In this document: piece after piece, positions 18,501 to 28,022 of the stretch
Position numbering within the stretch: position 1 is the first letter of the stretch
How the letters are laid out: each line of letters opens with the position of its first letter
Notes under the pieces: generated by a model
What the model was told of the DNA's origin: nothing
What the model saw: the letters and a program-made list of their open reading frames with translations, nothing else
The model's database searches: none
Translations under genes and position numbers: made by a program
DNA from: a bacterium
Lineage (GTDB): Bacteria > SAR324 > NAC60-12
DNA: 64,000 nucleotides
Direction of reading: 5' to 3'
Assembly (NCBI GenBank): GCA_965233585.1
Contig: CBDDTI010000747.1
Span: 800,001 to 864,000, forward strand

Positions 18501-19403
18501 AACTGCTTTTAATCGGTCTAAATTCTCCAACTCACTGGCTTTGCCATCATTCAACACTCCGATTGCGTCAGCACCACTTTGAGTGCCATCAAAATCACCG
18601 TTGAACAAAACACGGTCATAGCCTGCAACCTGTCCAGCTTTGTCTTTCTGAATTACATTGATATTGCCAATATGGTAAATATCTTTAGTTGCATCAGAAA
18701 CACCACTGTTAGTAGCCAAATCGTTAGTAAACTTAGCTTGATAGGCAAGTTGAGCAGGGGCGTTGTTGCCAGCTTGTCCAGCCTGTCCATTAGAACCATC
18801 AGCACCGTTACAGACGTAAGTGGTTTTGAGGACGGTGTCTTTGGCATCAAATCCTGCAGTGTCTCCACTTTCAGTGTAGAAATTGACTTGGACGCCTCCG
18901 ACAGTTTTGCAGTAAGCGGCTGATGTGCCTGCATAAGTGACGGCTGGGTCGGCAGTCGTGTTGTCTTTGACTAGAAGTGCAATTTCAGCGGAAGTGGGTG
19001 TTCCCGAAAAGCTGACGGTGTGGACTTTGGTGTAATCACCTGTCGCCCCTGCAGCGCCTGCAGCACCTTTTGCCCCATCGCAGACGTATTCGGTTTTTTC
19101 CACCTCATCGCCTTCCAGCTTGCCATCGGCATTTTTGTCTATGCCCATTTTGATTTCCACCCCTGCACGCCCTTGACACTCTTTCATAGACATAGAGTCT
19201 GCGTCACTGCTGGCATCAAAAGCAGTTTTGGCATAAGCGTATGACGGCTTTGCCTCTGCCTTTTTTTGTTGAGCGGTCGGGTTTTCGGTCGTTTCAGCTT
19301 CAGAAGAAGAGCCAGAACTACTGGAGTCGCTGGCACAAGAAGCAATCATCGCAGAAGCTAGGGCGATGGAGCTGATTTGAGCAAATCTTTTTAACAGATT
19401 CAT
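15597..19403 (-). CDS. Large surface lipoprotein (1268 aa), putative adhesin
   Basis: Lipobox IASC; Cys-flanked DKNADGKLEGDE loop; GAxGAx stretch; 124-aa internal repeats; YLWESDGT (ELWxxDGT-like) propeller motif. Confidence 0.85.
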   Translation of the reverse strand: MNLLKRFAQISSIALASAMIASCASDSSSSGSSSEAETTENPTAQQKKAEAKPSYAYAKTAFDASSDADSMSMKECQGRAGVEIKMGIDKNADGKLEGDEVEKTEYVCDGAKGAAGAAGATGDYTKVHTVSFSGTPTSAEIALLVKDNTTADPAVTYAGTSAAYCKTVGGVQVNFYTESGDTAGFDAKDTVLKTTYVCNGADGSNGQAGQAGNNAPAQLAYQAKFTNDLATNSGVSDATKDIYHIGNINVIQKDKAGQVAGYDRVLFNGDFDGTQSGADAIGVLNDGKASELENLDRLKAVDSVHKTKVGGKIYLVATDGSDVKRVFYFNTTTEQAELVKDIAVADNVWVADNGIFVVGNAAGAVYSVKDDAATTATKLASGTGNAGVDLDAGLTLTKLDFSDSDYQGAAKVSGDFLYWPLDNDNATTPGLSDVTHVLVMKLGHAFTTNAPAADNDRKNRRVLTTAALGAIYPYSNTSEKGVFIAAAGGIYSTKNEDVAGKDQTDTTANLLRLSVANGKDAGFSGGNVTAADFTTAALTKAAQVSGDVLYYPADTAGNTQSLAAVGTIFVLKAGEAFGTNAPTANADARLLTIANLGRILPYDSGSEKGAFILAAAGIYSTKNADTTTGPASALLRLSVTDGKDAGFSGGNVTAADFTTAALTKAAQVSGDVLYYPADTGGNAQTLAAVDNIFILKAGSAFGTGTPTANANARLFSISNEKLGRILPYDSGSEKGAFIVNADGIYSTKNADTTTGNPVANLLVSLSTGSKDAGKVLKAGDFGKLLADAAVVVKDYLYHPVNEDADTDTKASANKVLAVKAGSAFGSSDSGADGAVLSITDNGEISPATDGIFTINTTTNKMYFASTKTSTEVTGVIAGLSNGDIKSSTQTSGGLTNYGFAGQTIAVGHATVGSVKVARDLNPQHTTIVDKQAVHVGGKLYFGSGDYLWESDGTKAGTKILGKHTVTSITTDGTDVYFATGTDVYKLAVSNGTIAPVKGSNQGSITKLTAVGTKIFAQKSSLISYLKADGTFTAPGTAVGTPGIPASIHAIGKYAVVVGGAKLTAVANDALATEVEIKDNKGNVNAGDDVSIDPQFPAVAGDVLFISQDAGSADTLFVTQGATDNTFQVKDDDGAVKASAAFKAAKVGNSYYVLIDNKLYKVDASDGSAEVVDYGADSGSNLAVVSTGSGDSAADYLFVITKFKVFVKKEGAKEVFKETDLKRYGFTKQTNDYITHPTVVGNKLYFLANSASGNYFSNHGIEWFYTEQN
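17075..18200 (-). repeat. Intragenic tandem repeat, period 372 nt (124 aa), about 3-4 copies
   Basis: Identical stretch of more than 100 nt near 17374 and 17746; outer copies are diverged. Confidence 0.85.
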
Positions 19404-19537
19404 AAATTATCCTTTGGATAGAGGTTTAAAGAAAAGCCCCCTCATGTGAGATGCGACTCACGGGACGGGACTCATACAACATTTGCTTGTTTCACACTGC
19501 AACACTCAAAAATCACAACAAAGACCTGATGACAGCC

Positions 19538-20056
19538 GTCATTGCGGGTGTGGATTCTGGTCATTCCGTGCCTGACACGCCATCTCCACAAAACCGTCAT
19601 TGCGGGCTTGACCCGCAATCTCATTGCGAGTTTTGAGATTCTGAATCAAGTTCAGAATGACAAAGGAAGTTTTGAGATTCTGAATCAAGTTCAGAATGAC
19701 GACTACGTCAGGTGTTGCCTGCCAGCAAAGTCTTTCCGTCATTCCGTGACTGACCCGCCATCTCCACAAAACCGTCATTGCGGGCTTGACCCGCAATCTC
19801 ATTGCGAGTTTTGAGATTCTGCATCAAGTTCAGAATGACAAAGGAAGTTTTGAGATTCTGAATCAAGTTCAGAATGACGACCCGTCAAGAGTTACCTGCC
19901 AGAAAAGTCTTTCAGTCATTCCGTGCCTGACACGGAACCCATCGTCAACATCGCATGGATTCCTGCCCCTGTTTTCACAGGGGTGACGTTCTTTCGCAGG
20001 AATGACGACCCCTTTGGTCATCGCCTTTTCGTCATTGCAGACCTGACTCGCATCTC
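19538..20056. repeat. REP/dRS3-like palindrome array 2 with a ~178-bp higher-order unit
   Basis: Units start at 19560, 19738 and 19915; GAGATTCTG(A/C)ATCAAGTTCAGAATGAC x4 and GTCATTGCGGGCTTGACCCGCAATCTC x2. Confidence 0.92.
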
Positions 20057-20197
20057 TTACCTTTGAGAAGACTCACAAGTCCGCAAGCCTACAAGCCGCC
20101 ATCACCAAAATCTCAAGCTAGCAGACTAACCAAGAGTTATTTCATAAAAAGGGTATCTTTGTAACAAGATGAGATTACAGTCAAACAAGCAGAAGAG

Positions 20198-20225
20198 ATT
20201 ATGCACGTACAAAAAAAAAAAACAA
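20198..20225 (-). promoter_or_regulatory. Putative sigma-70 promoter with a homopolymer spacer
   Basis: Minus strand TTGTTT-N16-CATAAT; the T12 tract (A12 at 20211-20222) forms most of the spacer. Confidence 0.45.
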
Positions 20226-20416
20226 GTCCCAACTCAGAGAAAGCGATCATTTTTTGTGAAAAAACGTGGCAAATTCAGCAAGTTGACAAGTCTATGAGAC
20301 AATAAAATCAAAGACTTCCAACCAAATCAAAAAAATTTGAAAAAATTTGAAAAAGTGAAAAAAGTTTGAAAAAAAGAGGGAAAGAAGAGGGGGAAGGAAG
20401 TGAAAACTTGCATTTG

Positions 20417-21344
20417 GTCATTCCGTGCCTCTCTTTGTCATTCCGCACTCGATGCGGAATCTCAAAAAACAAAAGTCGTTTGGGAAAATGAAGAAGTTAG
20501 GAAAAAGAGTGAGATTGCGGGTCAAGGTGAGCAATGACGAAAAGGCAAGCAGGTGACAGAGTAGGGACAAACCCAAGTGTTTGTCCTGTGTTTGAAGAAA
20601 AGTGAGATTGCGGGTCAAGGTGAGCAATGACGAAAAGGCAAGCAGGTGACAGAGTAGGGACAAACCCAAGTGTTTGTCCTGTGTTTGAAGAAAAGTGAGA
20701 TTGCGGGTCAGGTCCCCAATGACAGAGGAATGAAAAAAAGAGCCAACCGTCATTCCGTGCCTCTTTTTGTCATTCCGCACTTGATGCGGAATCTCAAAAA
20801 CAAGAGTCGTTTGGGAAAATGAAGAAGTTAGGCAAAAAAGTGAGATTGCGGGTCAGGTCCCGCAATGACGGGTTAGTTGTCAAAAGTGAAGAGAAAGCCA
20901 GCAAACCTCTCCGTCATTCCGCACTCGATGCGGAATCTCAAAAAACAAAAGTCGTTTGGGAAAATGAAGAAGTTAGGAAAAAGAGTGAGATTGCGGGTCA
21001 AGGTGAGCAATGACGAAAAGGCAAGCAGGTGACAGAGTAGGGACAAACCCAAGTGTTTGTCCTGTGTTTGAAGAAAAGTGAGATTGCGGGTCAGGTCCCC
21101 AATGACAGGGGAATGAAAAAAAGAGCAAAACGTCATTCCGCACTCGATGCGGAATCTCAAAAAACAAAAGTCGTTTGGAAAAATGAAGAAGTTAGGAAAA
21201 AGAGTGAGATTGCGGGTCAAGGTGAGCAATGACGGGTTAGCTGTCAAAAGTGAAGGAAAGCCAGCAAATCTCTCAGTCATTCCGCACTTGATGCGGAATC
21301 TATTGTCAATCAGGGCATGGATTCCTGCTTTCGCTCCGAATGAC
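20417..21344. repeat. REP/dRS3-like mosaic array 3
   Basis: Roughly 15 full or partial GTCATT...AATCTC / GAGATT...AATGAC palindromes separated by four recurring linker types. Confidence 0.95.
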
Positions 21345-21521
21345 AAAAAACGCAATATGCGAAAAATATCATGGTCTTTTTAAACAGAATTTTGTACTTG
21401 ATAATCCAAAATCAAAACATCTAGCCCAGCAGATTTTTGAGACAAATTAAGAAATGACAATCAACGAGTGCCTGAAACTCAAAAGTCTGCAATGACTCAA
21501 ACCAATCTCAAAGACAACGTT

Positions 21522-22898
21522 TTATGAAATGGAGGAGAGTTTTTCCATCAATGTCCGTAATTCACGTTCATCTGACGAGATATGATAGGAACGAGTTGGC
21601 AAGGTTTGAAGTTGTTCTAATTCTTGACAGCTAGTGGGTGGAAACTTGAGTGCTTCCTGCATGGTATCAGGGAATTTGGCAGGGTGGGCTGTTGCCAGAC
21701 AGACAGCTTTAGCTTCAAGGTGTTTTGCGACACGAATGCCTACTGCCGTATGAGGGTCAAGCTCATATTGATAATCTTGATAAAATTCTTGAATGGTGTT
21801 TTTCGTTGCTTGTTCATCAATACTAAAGGTTTGCATTTTCTTTTTGGCATGTTCAAAAAGATTTTTTGGCAGCTGCAATGTTCCTTCTTTTTCAAAGGAT
21901 TGAAACCATTGCTGAACTTGACAGGCGTCGCGGTTTGTCAATTCGTAAACAAATCTTTCAAAATTACTAGGTGCTTGAATATCCATTGCAGGAGAGATGC
22001 TTGGTTTGACAACTTTTTTTGCATAAATACCTGTTTGAAAAAATTGATGTAGCGAGTCATTTTGGTTGCATGCCGCAACTAACTGAATCGGGGCGCCCAT
22101 CTGTTGTGCATAAAATCCTGCCAAAATATTCCCAAAATTTCCTGTTGGAACAATCACACTCATTGGCTCATCTCCTGTTTTCAAACCTAATTGCCAGCAA
22201 GCATGAAAGTAATAGGCTGTTTGTGCCATGATTCTTGACCAGTTGATGGAATTGATAGCACTTAAACGAAACTGCTTCTTGAAGTCCAAATCACGAAACA
22301 ACGTTTTGACAAGAGCCTGTGCATCATCAAAAGTTCCATCTATGGCGATGGCATGAATGTTCTCATCAAGCACAGTGGTCATCTGCAATTCTTGAACGTG
22401 GCTTGTGCCTCCTTTGGGATACAAAATAAAAAGTTGTGCAGATTTTTTGCCTCGCATGCCTGCAATAGCGGCGCTGCCTGTGTCTCCCGATGTTGCACCT
22501 AAAATGCTGATTTGATGACCACGTTTCGTCAAAAAATAGTCAAAAACATTCCCCAAAAATTGCAAAGCAACATCTTTAAACGAGAAACTTGGACCATGAA
22601 AAAGCTCTAAAATAGAAATGTCATCAAAGGTTTGGAGAGAAGTAACGTTCTCACAGCGAAAGGTTGCATAACTGGCATCAACCATGGTTTGCAAGTCATC
22701 GGCTGGGATTTCTTCATCAATGAATTTTGAAAAAATTTCAAATGCAATCTTTGGGAAAGTCAGATGTTTTTGCTCCAACAACTGGCTCATATCAGGCAAA
22801 GTTTCAGGGACAATCAGCCCGCCATCTTCTGCCAATCCGTGTAATGTTGCCTCTTCAAATGATAAATTTTGAATGCCTCGCGTGCTTTGATAGTTCAT
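21522..22898 (-). CDS. thrC: Threonine synthase
   Basis: YQSTRG, GLAEDGGL, ELFHGPSFSFKD, ATSGDTGSAA, ATAHPAKF; ATGA overlap with aroB. Confidence 0.95.
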   Translation of the reverse strand: MNYQSTRGIQNLSFEEATLHGLAEDGGLIVPETLPDMSQLLEQKHLTFPKIAFEIFSKFIDEEIPADDLQTMVDASYATFRCENVTSLQTFDDISILELFHGPSFSFKDVALQFLGNVFDYFLTKRGHQISILGATSGDTGSAAIAGMRGKKSAQLFILYPKGGTSHVQELQMTTVLDENIHAIAIDGTFDDAQALVKTLFRDLDFKKQFRLSAINSINWSRIMAQTAYYFHACWQLGLKTGDEPMSVIVPTGNFGNILAGFYAQQMGAPIQLVAACNQNDSLHQFFQTGIYAKKVVKPSISPAMDIQAPSNFERFVYELTNRDACQVQQWFQSFEKEGTLQLPKNLFEHAKKKMQTFSIDEQATKNTIQEFYQDYQYELDPHTAVGIRVAKHLEAKAVCLATAHPAKFPDTMQEALKFPPTSCQELEQLQTLPTRSYHISSDERELRTLMEKLSSIS

Positions 22899-24001
22899 AA
22901 TTCTTTCTGCCATGTTTGAAAATCCTCCCAAAGTTCTAAGGGAGTCATTTTTTGTAAAATTGCCTTGCCGATTTCAGGACACAGCACAAATGAAACTGTC
23001 GCATCTTTGACTTTCTTATCATGCAAAATCAGTTCTATAAATTGCTCTTTAGACAGTGGAGGCAAGTGAAGAGGAGGAATGATTTTTTGAATCAAAGTTG
23101 CAATCCGTTGCCGACTTTGTGCAGACAACCCACAACGTTTTTGGGAGACAAAAGATGCAAATAAAATCCCCCAGCCCACTGCCTCACCATGCAAATAAGA
23201 AGAATAGCCTGTGTGTGTTTCAATCAAGTGTCCCAATGTATGCCCAAAATTCAAAATGGCACGCAAGCCTTGTTCTTTTGTATCTGCTTCTACTACTTCT
23301 GCTTTGGTCTTACATGACTCATAAATGGCATAGACCAGAAAATCACTTTGCTGTGATAAATCATTTTGTTGTGCGATTGCTAAGTCTCCTTTGGACTCCA
23401 GAACTTCAAACAAAGAAGCATTGCGAATAATTCCATGTTTGATGAGTTCAACCAAGCCTGCATTTATTTGACGCAGAGGCAAAGTTTTCAGAAAAGTCAG
23501 CTCAATACAAACATAATGCGGTTGGCAAAACACCCCCACCGTGTTTTTGCCTTGTGGCAAATTAACAGCAGTCTTGCCACCAATAGAAGAATCTACTTGT
23601 GCCAGCAGAGTTGTTGGAACTTGCACCAATGGCATTCCACGCATAAACAAAGCAGAAGCCAAGCCTGCCATGTCTCCAATCACACCACCACCAAACGCAA
23701 TGAGCAATGTATGACGGGTTGCCTGAACCTCAAACAGAAAATCAAAAATTTGTGTGAGAGTTTGCAAGTTTTTATACTGCTCACCACTTGGCAAGACACA
23801 AGTTTTGGCAGAAATCCCATGGTCTTTCAGTAGATTTTCAATCAAGGCAGGGTAAACCCTGGCAATATTGGTGTCTGTGACAATCGCAACAGACTGGTAA
23901 GATTGTTGCTTGACGTAGTGAACAAGAGACGTTTCTAAAATCCCTTGACCAATTTCAATTTGATAATTTTGGTCAGCTGTTTGAAGGTGTAAGGTCGGCA
24001 T
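22895..24001 (-). CDS. aroB: 3-dehydroquinate synthase
   Basis: GGGVIGD, PTTLLAQVDSSIGGKT, LNFGHTLGH. Confidence 0.95.
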   Translation of the reverse strand: MPTLHLQTADQNYQIEIGQGILETSLVHYVKQQSYQSVAIVTDTNIARVYPALIENLLKDHGISAKTCVLPSGEQYKNLQTLTQIFDFLFEVQATRHTLLIAFGGGVIGDMAGLASALFMRGMPLVQVPTTLLAQVDSSIGGKTAVNLPQGKNTVGVFCQPHYVCIELTFLKTLPLRQINAGLVELIKHGIIRNASLFEVLESKGDLAIAQQNDLSQQSDFLVYAIYESCKTKAEVVEADTKEQGLRAILNFGHTLGHLIETHTGYSSYLHGEAVGWGILFASFVSQKRCGLSAQSRQRIATLIQKIIPPLHLPPLSKEQFIELILHDKKVKDATVSFVLCPEIGKAILQKMTPLELWEDFQTWQKEL

Positions 24002-24130
24002 CGGGTGCGAGAAAAAGGCATGATTCTCTTGCAAAAAACCATGCTTGTTGTGTTAAAGAGAATCAGCTATTTTAAAAATCCTCACAAAGAGGATACAGAA
24101 AAGCACCAACAAGGTAAACCTGTCTTTGAG

Positions 24131-25405
24131 TTATTTTTGAGAAGCAGAAAGTGCTTGGTTCAAATCATTAATCAGGTCTTGTTGGTCTTCAAGACCAATA
24201 GAGAGACGGACATAGTTGGGTGAAATCCCTGCTTGTTTTTGTTGGTCTGGATTCATCTGTGAATGAGTAGTACTAGCAGGGTGAATGGCAAGAGAACGTG
24301 CATCGCCAAGATTTGCTGCGTGATAAAAAAGTTTAAGAGACTCTGTGAATTTTTGGGCTTCTCGTTCTTCTCCGTGGATGTGGACTCCCATCATGCCTCC
24401 TTTGCCTTTGGGCAAGTATTTTTCTGCACGTTCAAGGTCTTGTCCTTCTGCAAGACTGGGATAAATCACCTTTTCTACTTGAGGATGTTGGTCTAGGAAG
24501 TCAGCAATCGCTTGTCCATTTTGGCAATGTTTTTCCATACGCAAGGTCAAGGTTTCAAGCCCTTGAATCAAGAGAAAGGCGTCATGTGGACTTGGAGCAG
24601 AGCCAAGGTCACGCAAAAGTGTCGTCCGTGCCTTCAAGAGATAACCAGCACCTTTGCCAACATCTGACCAAATGATTCCATTGTAAGCAGGGTCTGGCTT
24701 GTTCATCAGGGGTTGACGATGCCCGCTTTTTTTCCAATCAAATTGACCATTGTCAATGATGCAACCGCCAATCGTTGTTCCATGTCCTCCTACATACTTA
24801 GTTGTGGAATAAACGATAATGTTCGCTCCATAGTCAAACGGACGGCATAAAGTTGGAGCGCAGGTGTTGTCCATGATGAGGGGGATTTGTCTGCCTTGAG
24901 CCAATTTGGCAAGCTCTTCAATCGGGAACACTTTAAAACGTGGGTTAGGTAATGTTTCAGCATAATAGGCTCGTGTGTTCTCATCAGTCAGTTGCAAAAA
25001 ACTTTCAGGGTCATTGGGGTCTGCAAAGCGGACTTCTATTTGAAATTGCTTGAGAGCATTGGCAAACAGACTAAAAACGCCACCATAAACGGCAGGACTT
25101 GCAACAATATTGTCCCCTGCCTGTGCAAGGTTACAAACAGCATAAAATGCCGCAGATTGCCCAGAAGAAACAGCCAATGCAGACACTCCTCCCTCAAGCA
25201 AAGCCAAACGTTTCTCCAAAATGTCAACAGTTGGGTTGTTCATACGGCTGTAAATGAACCCTTCATCTTTGAGAAAAAATAAGTCTGCCGCCTTCTTGGC
25301 ACTCTCAAATTCAAATGCCGCAGATTGATAAATTGGAACGGCAATAGACCCTGTTGCTGAATCTGAACGATAACCTCCGTGCAACATTGCTGTACTTAAC
25401 TTCAT
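24131..25405 (-). CDS. O-acetylhomoserine aminocarboxypropyltransferase (MetY-like, Cys/Met PLP family)
   Basis: YSRMNNPT, STTKYVGGHG, ANLGDARSLAIHPASTTHSQ. Confidence 0.88.
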   Translation of the reverse strand: MKLSTAMLHGGYRSDSATGSIAVPIYQSAAFEFESAKKAADLFFLKDEGFIYSRMNNPTVDILEKRLALLEGGVSALAVSSGQSAAFYAVCNLAQAGDNIVASPAVYGGVFSLFANALKQFQIEVRFADPNDPESFLQLTDENTRAYYAETLPNPRFKVFPIEELAKLAQGRQIPLIMDNTCAPTLCRPFDYGANIIVYSTTKYVGGHGTTIGGCIIDNGQFDWKKSGHRQPLMNKPDPAYNGIIWSDVGKGAGYLLKARTTLLRDLGSAPSPHDAFLLIQGLETLTLRMEKHCQNGQAIADFLDQHPQVEKVIYPSLAEGQDLERAEKYLPKGKGGMMGVHIHGEEREAQKFTESLKLFYHAANLGDARSLAIHPASTTHSQMNPDQQKQAGISPNYVRLSIGLEDQQDLINDLNQALSASQK

Positions 25406-25587
25406 GTCAAAACTCCTTTAGATTTTTAAATAAGGTTGATTTAGTTTTGAAAGAGAATATTCCATCAAAAAGAGACCTGTCAAATCAATTAAGAAATTTT
25501 GCAAAAATGAGATATTTTTACTAAAATTGTCCAACAAATGTTGCTAAAATCTTAATTTTTAATCAAAAATCTTTATAAAAAAGAAAG

Positions 25588-26097
25588 ATGTCCTTTTTTG
25601 ACTCTCGTACCAACCATGACAAAGTGGAGTTAGATGAATTTGATATTCAGATACTCCATGTATTACAAAAAAACAACAAGGTCACAATTCAAGAACTTGC
25701 TAGTCAAGTGGCTTTGTCTATCCCCCCATGTCAGAGGCGTCTGGCAAGATTAAGAAAAACAGGAGTGATTCAGTCTGATGTTTCATTAGTGAATCCAGAA
25801 AAAATAGGGAGGTTTTTGACCGTGCTATTGCATCTCAATTTAGAACAGCACACCAAAGAAAGCATTCAGGATTTGTCAAACACTGTGGCTGACCGCCATG
25901 AAGTGCTACAAATGTATGTCATTTCAGGAGCAAGCGACATCATGCTCAATTTATGCGTGAGAGATATGGAACACTACAATCAGTTTTTGTATGAAGTCAT
26001 TTCTGAAAAACCTTACATTCGTGCATTTACCAGTCATTTCTGTTTGGGCAGTTCTAAAAATTCAACATTTTTAGATATTGAAACACTTTTGAAGTGA
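25588..26097 (+). CDS. Lrp/AsnC family transcriptional regulator
   Basis: LDEFDIQIL...ELASQVALSIPPCQRRLARL HTH; divergent from the metY-like gene. Confidence 0.9.
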   Translation: MSFFDSRTNHDKVELDEFDIQILHVLQKNNKVTIQELASQVALSIPPCQRRLARLRKTGVIQSDVSLVNPEKIGRFLTVLLHLNLEQHTKESIQDLSNTVADRHEVLQMYVISGASDIMLNLCVRDMEHYNQFLYEVISEKPYIRAFTSHFCLGSSKNSTFLDIETLLK

Positions 26098-26204
26098 GCC
26101 ACGTCTTGTCTTTTAACTTACGCATCATTTTTTAGGGTTGCTTTTCCCTGAAAAAATTGGTTTGATATTCAGGAAATTTTGATTCTATTCGGAGCTAACT
26201 ATCT

Positions 26205-27779
26205 ATGAAACTTGAACACATTGACGTTGAGACCATTCTACGTAATGCCTCCCCTTCTCAACTTTACAAAGAGGCAATCCGTTATGAAAAACGAGAGGCA
26301 AAGCTGTCTTCAACAGGGGCTTTGGTCTCATTTTCTGGTGAAAAAACAGGCAGGAGTCCAAAAGACAAAAGGATTGTCAGAGGTTCACAAAGTGAACATG
26401 ACATTTGGTGGGGACAAGTCAACATTGAGCTAAGCGAAAATTCTTTTGCACTCAATCGTTCGCGTGTTTTGGATTATTTAAATATGCAAGAGAGGCTTTA
26501 TGTGGTTGATGGTTTTGCAGGTTGGGACAAGAAGTATCAGGTTAAGGTGAGAATTGTTTGCTCACGACCTTATCATGCTTTGTTTATGCACAACATGTTG
26601 ATTCGTCCGACCAAAGAAGAATTAGAGTCTTTTGGCACGCCTAACTACATTGTTTACAACGCAGGTGAGTTTGCTGCCAATACAGAAATAGAAGGCATCA
26701 CTTCAAGAACAAGTGTGTCCGTTTCCTTTGAAAGAGGTGAGTTTTTGATTTTGGGAACAGAGTATGCGGGTGAGATGAAAAAAGGTGTGTTTACTATTAT
26801 GAATTACATCATGCCAAGAAATGGCATTCTTTCCATGCACTGTTCTGCAAATGAGGGAACTGATGGCAAAACCTCGTTATTCTTTGGGCTTTCAGGCACA
26901 GGCAAAACAACACTTTCTGCAGAACCTCACAGAGATTTGATTGGAGACGATGAGCATTGTTGGAGTGATGAAGGGATTTTTAACATAGAAGGTGGTTGTT
27001 ATGCCAAATGTATTGACCTATCAGCAGAAAAAGAACCTGAAATCTATCAAGCTATTCGCTTTGGGGCAGTCTTAGAAAACGTAGTTTGTGACCCACAAAC
27101 GGGTCAAGTAGATTACAGCCGTTCTGACATCACGGAAAATACAAGAGTCTCTTATCCTATTGAGTTTATTCCCAATGCCAAAATTCCTTGCGTCGGTCAG
27201 CATCCGAATCATGTGATTTTTCTCACGTGCGATGCCTTTGGCGTCTTGCCTCCTGTCAGTCAGCTGTCCCCCGAACAAGCCATGTATCATTTTATGAGTG
27301 GCTACACTGCCAAAGTTGCAGGAACAGAAATGGGAGTCAAAGAACCTGAAGCCACCTTTTCTGCCTGTTTTGGTGCGGCATTCATGGTTTGGCACCCTAG
27401 CAAATATGCTGAATTGTTAGCTGAAAAAATCCGAAAGCATCAAGCTCATGTTTGGTTAGTTAACACAGGTTGGACTGGCGGAGGCTATGGCACAGGTCAG
27501 CGAATGAGTCTTGCCAACACACGGAAAATCATTGATTCTATCCATGATGGTTCATTGATTGACGCACCCAAAGTGCCAGACCCAACATTTGGGTTTGACG
27601 TACCTACACAGTGCCAAGACATTCCTGAGACTATTCTCATTCCTAAAAAGGCTTGGCGTGACCAATCCAGATACGATGAAACCATCAACAAACTTGCAAA
27701 ACTTTTTCAAGACAATTTCAAACAATTTGAATCAGGAACGTCCCAAGCAATTCTTGATGCCGCACCTCAAATCATTTAA
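26205..27779 (+). CDS. pckA: Phosphoenolpyruvate carboxykinase (ATP)
   Basis: TGRSPKDK, FFGLSGTGKTTLS, LIGDDEH, EGGCYAK. Confidence 0.97.
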   Translation: MKLEHIDVETILRNASPSQLYKEAIRYEKREAKLSSTGALVSFSGEKTGRSPKDKRIVRGSQSEHDIWWGQVNIELSENSFALNRSRVLDYLNMQERLYVVDGFAGWDKKYQVKVRIVCSRPYHALFMHNMLIRPTKEELESFGTPNYIVYNAGEFAANTEIEGITSRTSVSVSFERGEFLILGTEYAGEMKKGVFTIMNYIMPRNGILSMHCSANEGTDGKTSLFFGLSGTGKTTLSAEPHRDLIGDDEHCWSDEGIFNIEGGCYAKCIDLSAEKEPEIYQAIRFGAVLENVVCDPQTGQVDYSRSDITENTRVSYPIEFIPNAKIPCVGQHPNHVIFLTCDAFGVLPPVSQLSPEQAMYHFMSGYTAKVAGTEMGVKEPEATFSACFGAAFMVWHPSKYAELLAEKIRKHQAHVWLVNTGWTGGGYGTGQRMSLANTRKIIDSIHDGSLIDAPKVPDPTFGFDVPTQCQDIPETILIPKKAWRDQSRYDETINKLAKLFQDNFKQFESGTSQAILDAAPQII

Positions 27780-28022
27780 AAACGAGTCCTTTAAAAAAAT
27801 TCGCTTTGATTGAAAGATGTTTTGAGAAAGGTTGCTAAGGTGAGCCACCCGTGAGAGTTTCTACATGAACAATTTCACAGGTGCAAAAATAGTTGGCAGA
27901 AACGAGGAAAGTATTTTTTTGCTGAAAGCAATCCCGCGCTTTTTTGTGATTTTTGAGATTTTGAATACTGCTTTGGGGGACTAGGAGAATGTTTGAAAAG
28001 CAAGATTTTTTAAGTAATTTCT

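Noticed and set aside
19538..21344. CRISPR array
   Set aside because: Linkers are themselves repeated, repeats occur in both orientations and vary in sequence, and no cas genes are present
19451..21383. Short ORFs across the palindrome arrays (e.g. MRLRVKPAMT, VILNLIQNL)
   Set aside because: Translations of repeat DNA on both strands with no RBS or domain evidence
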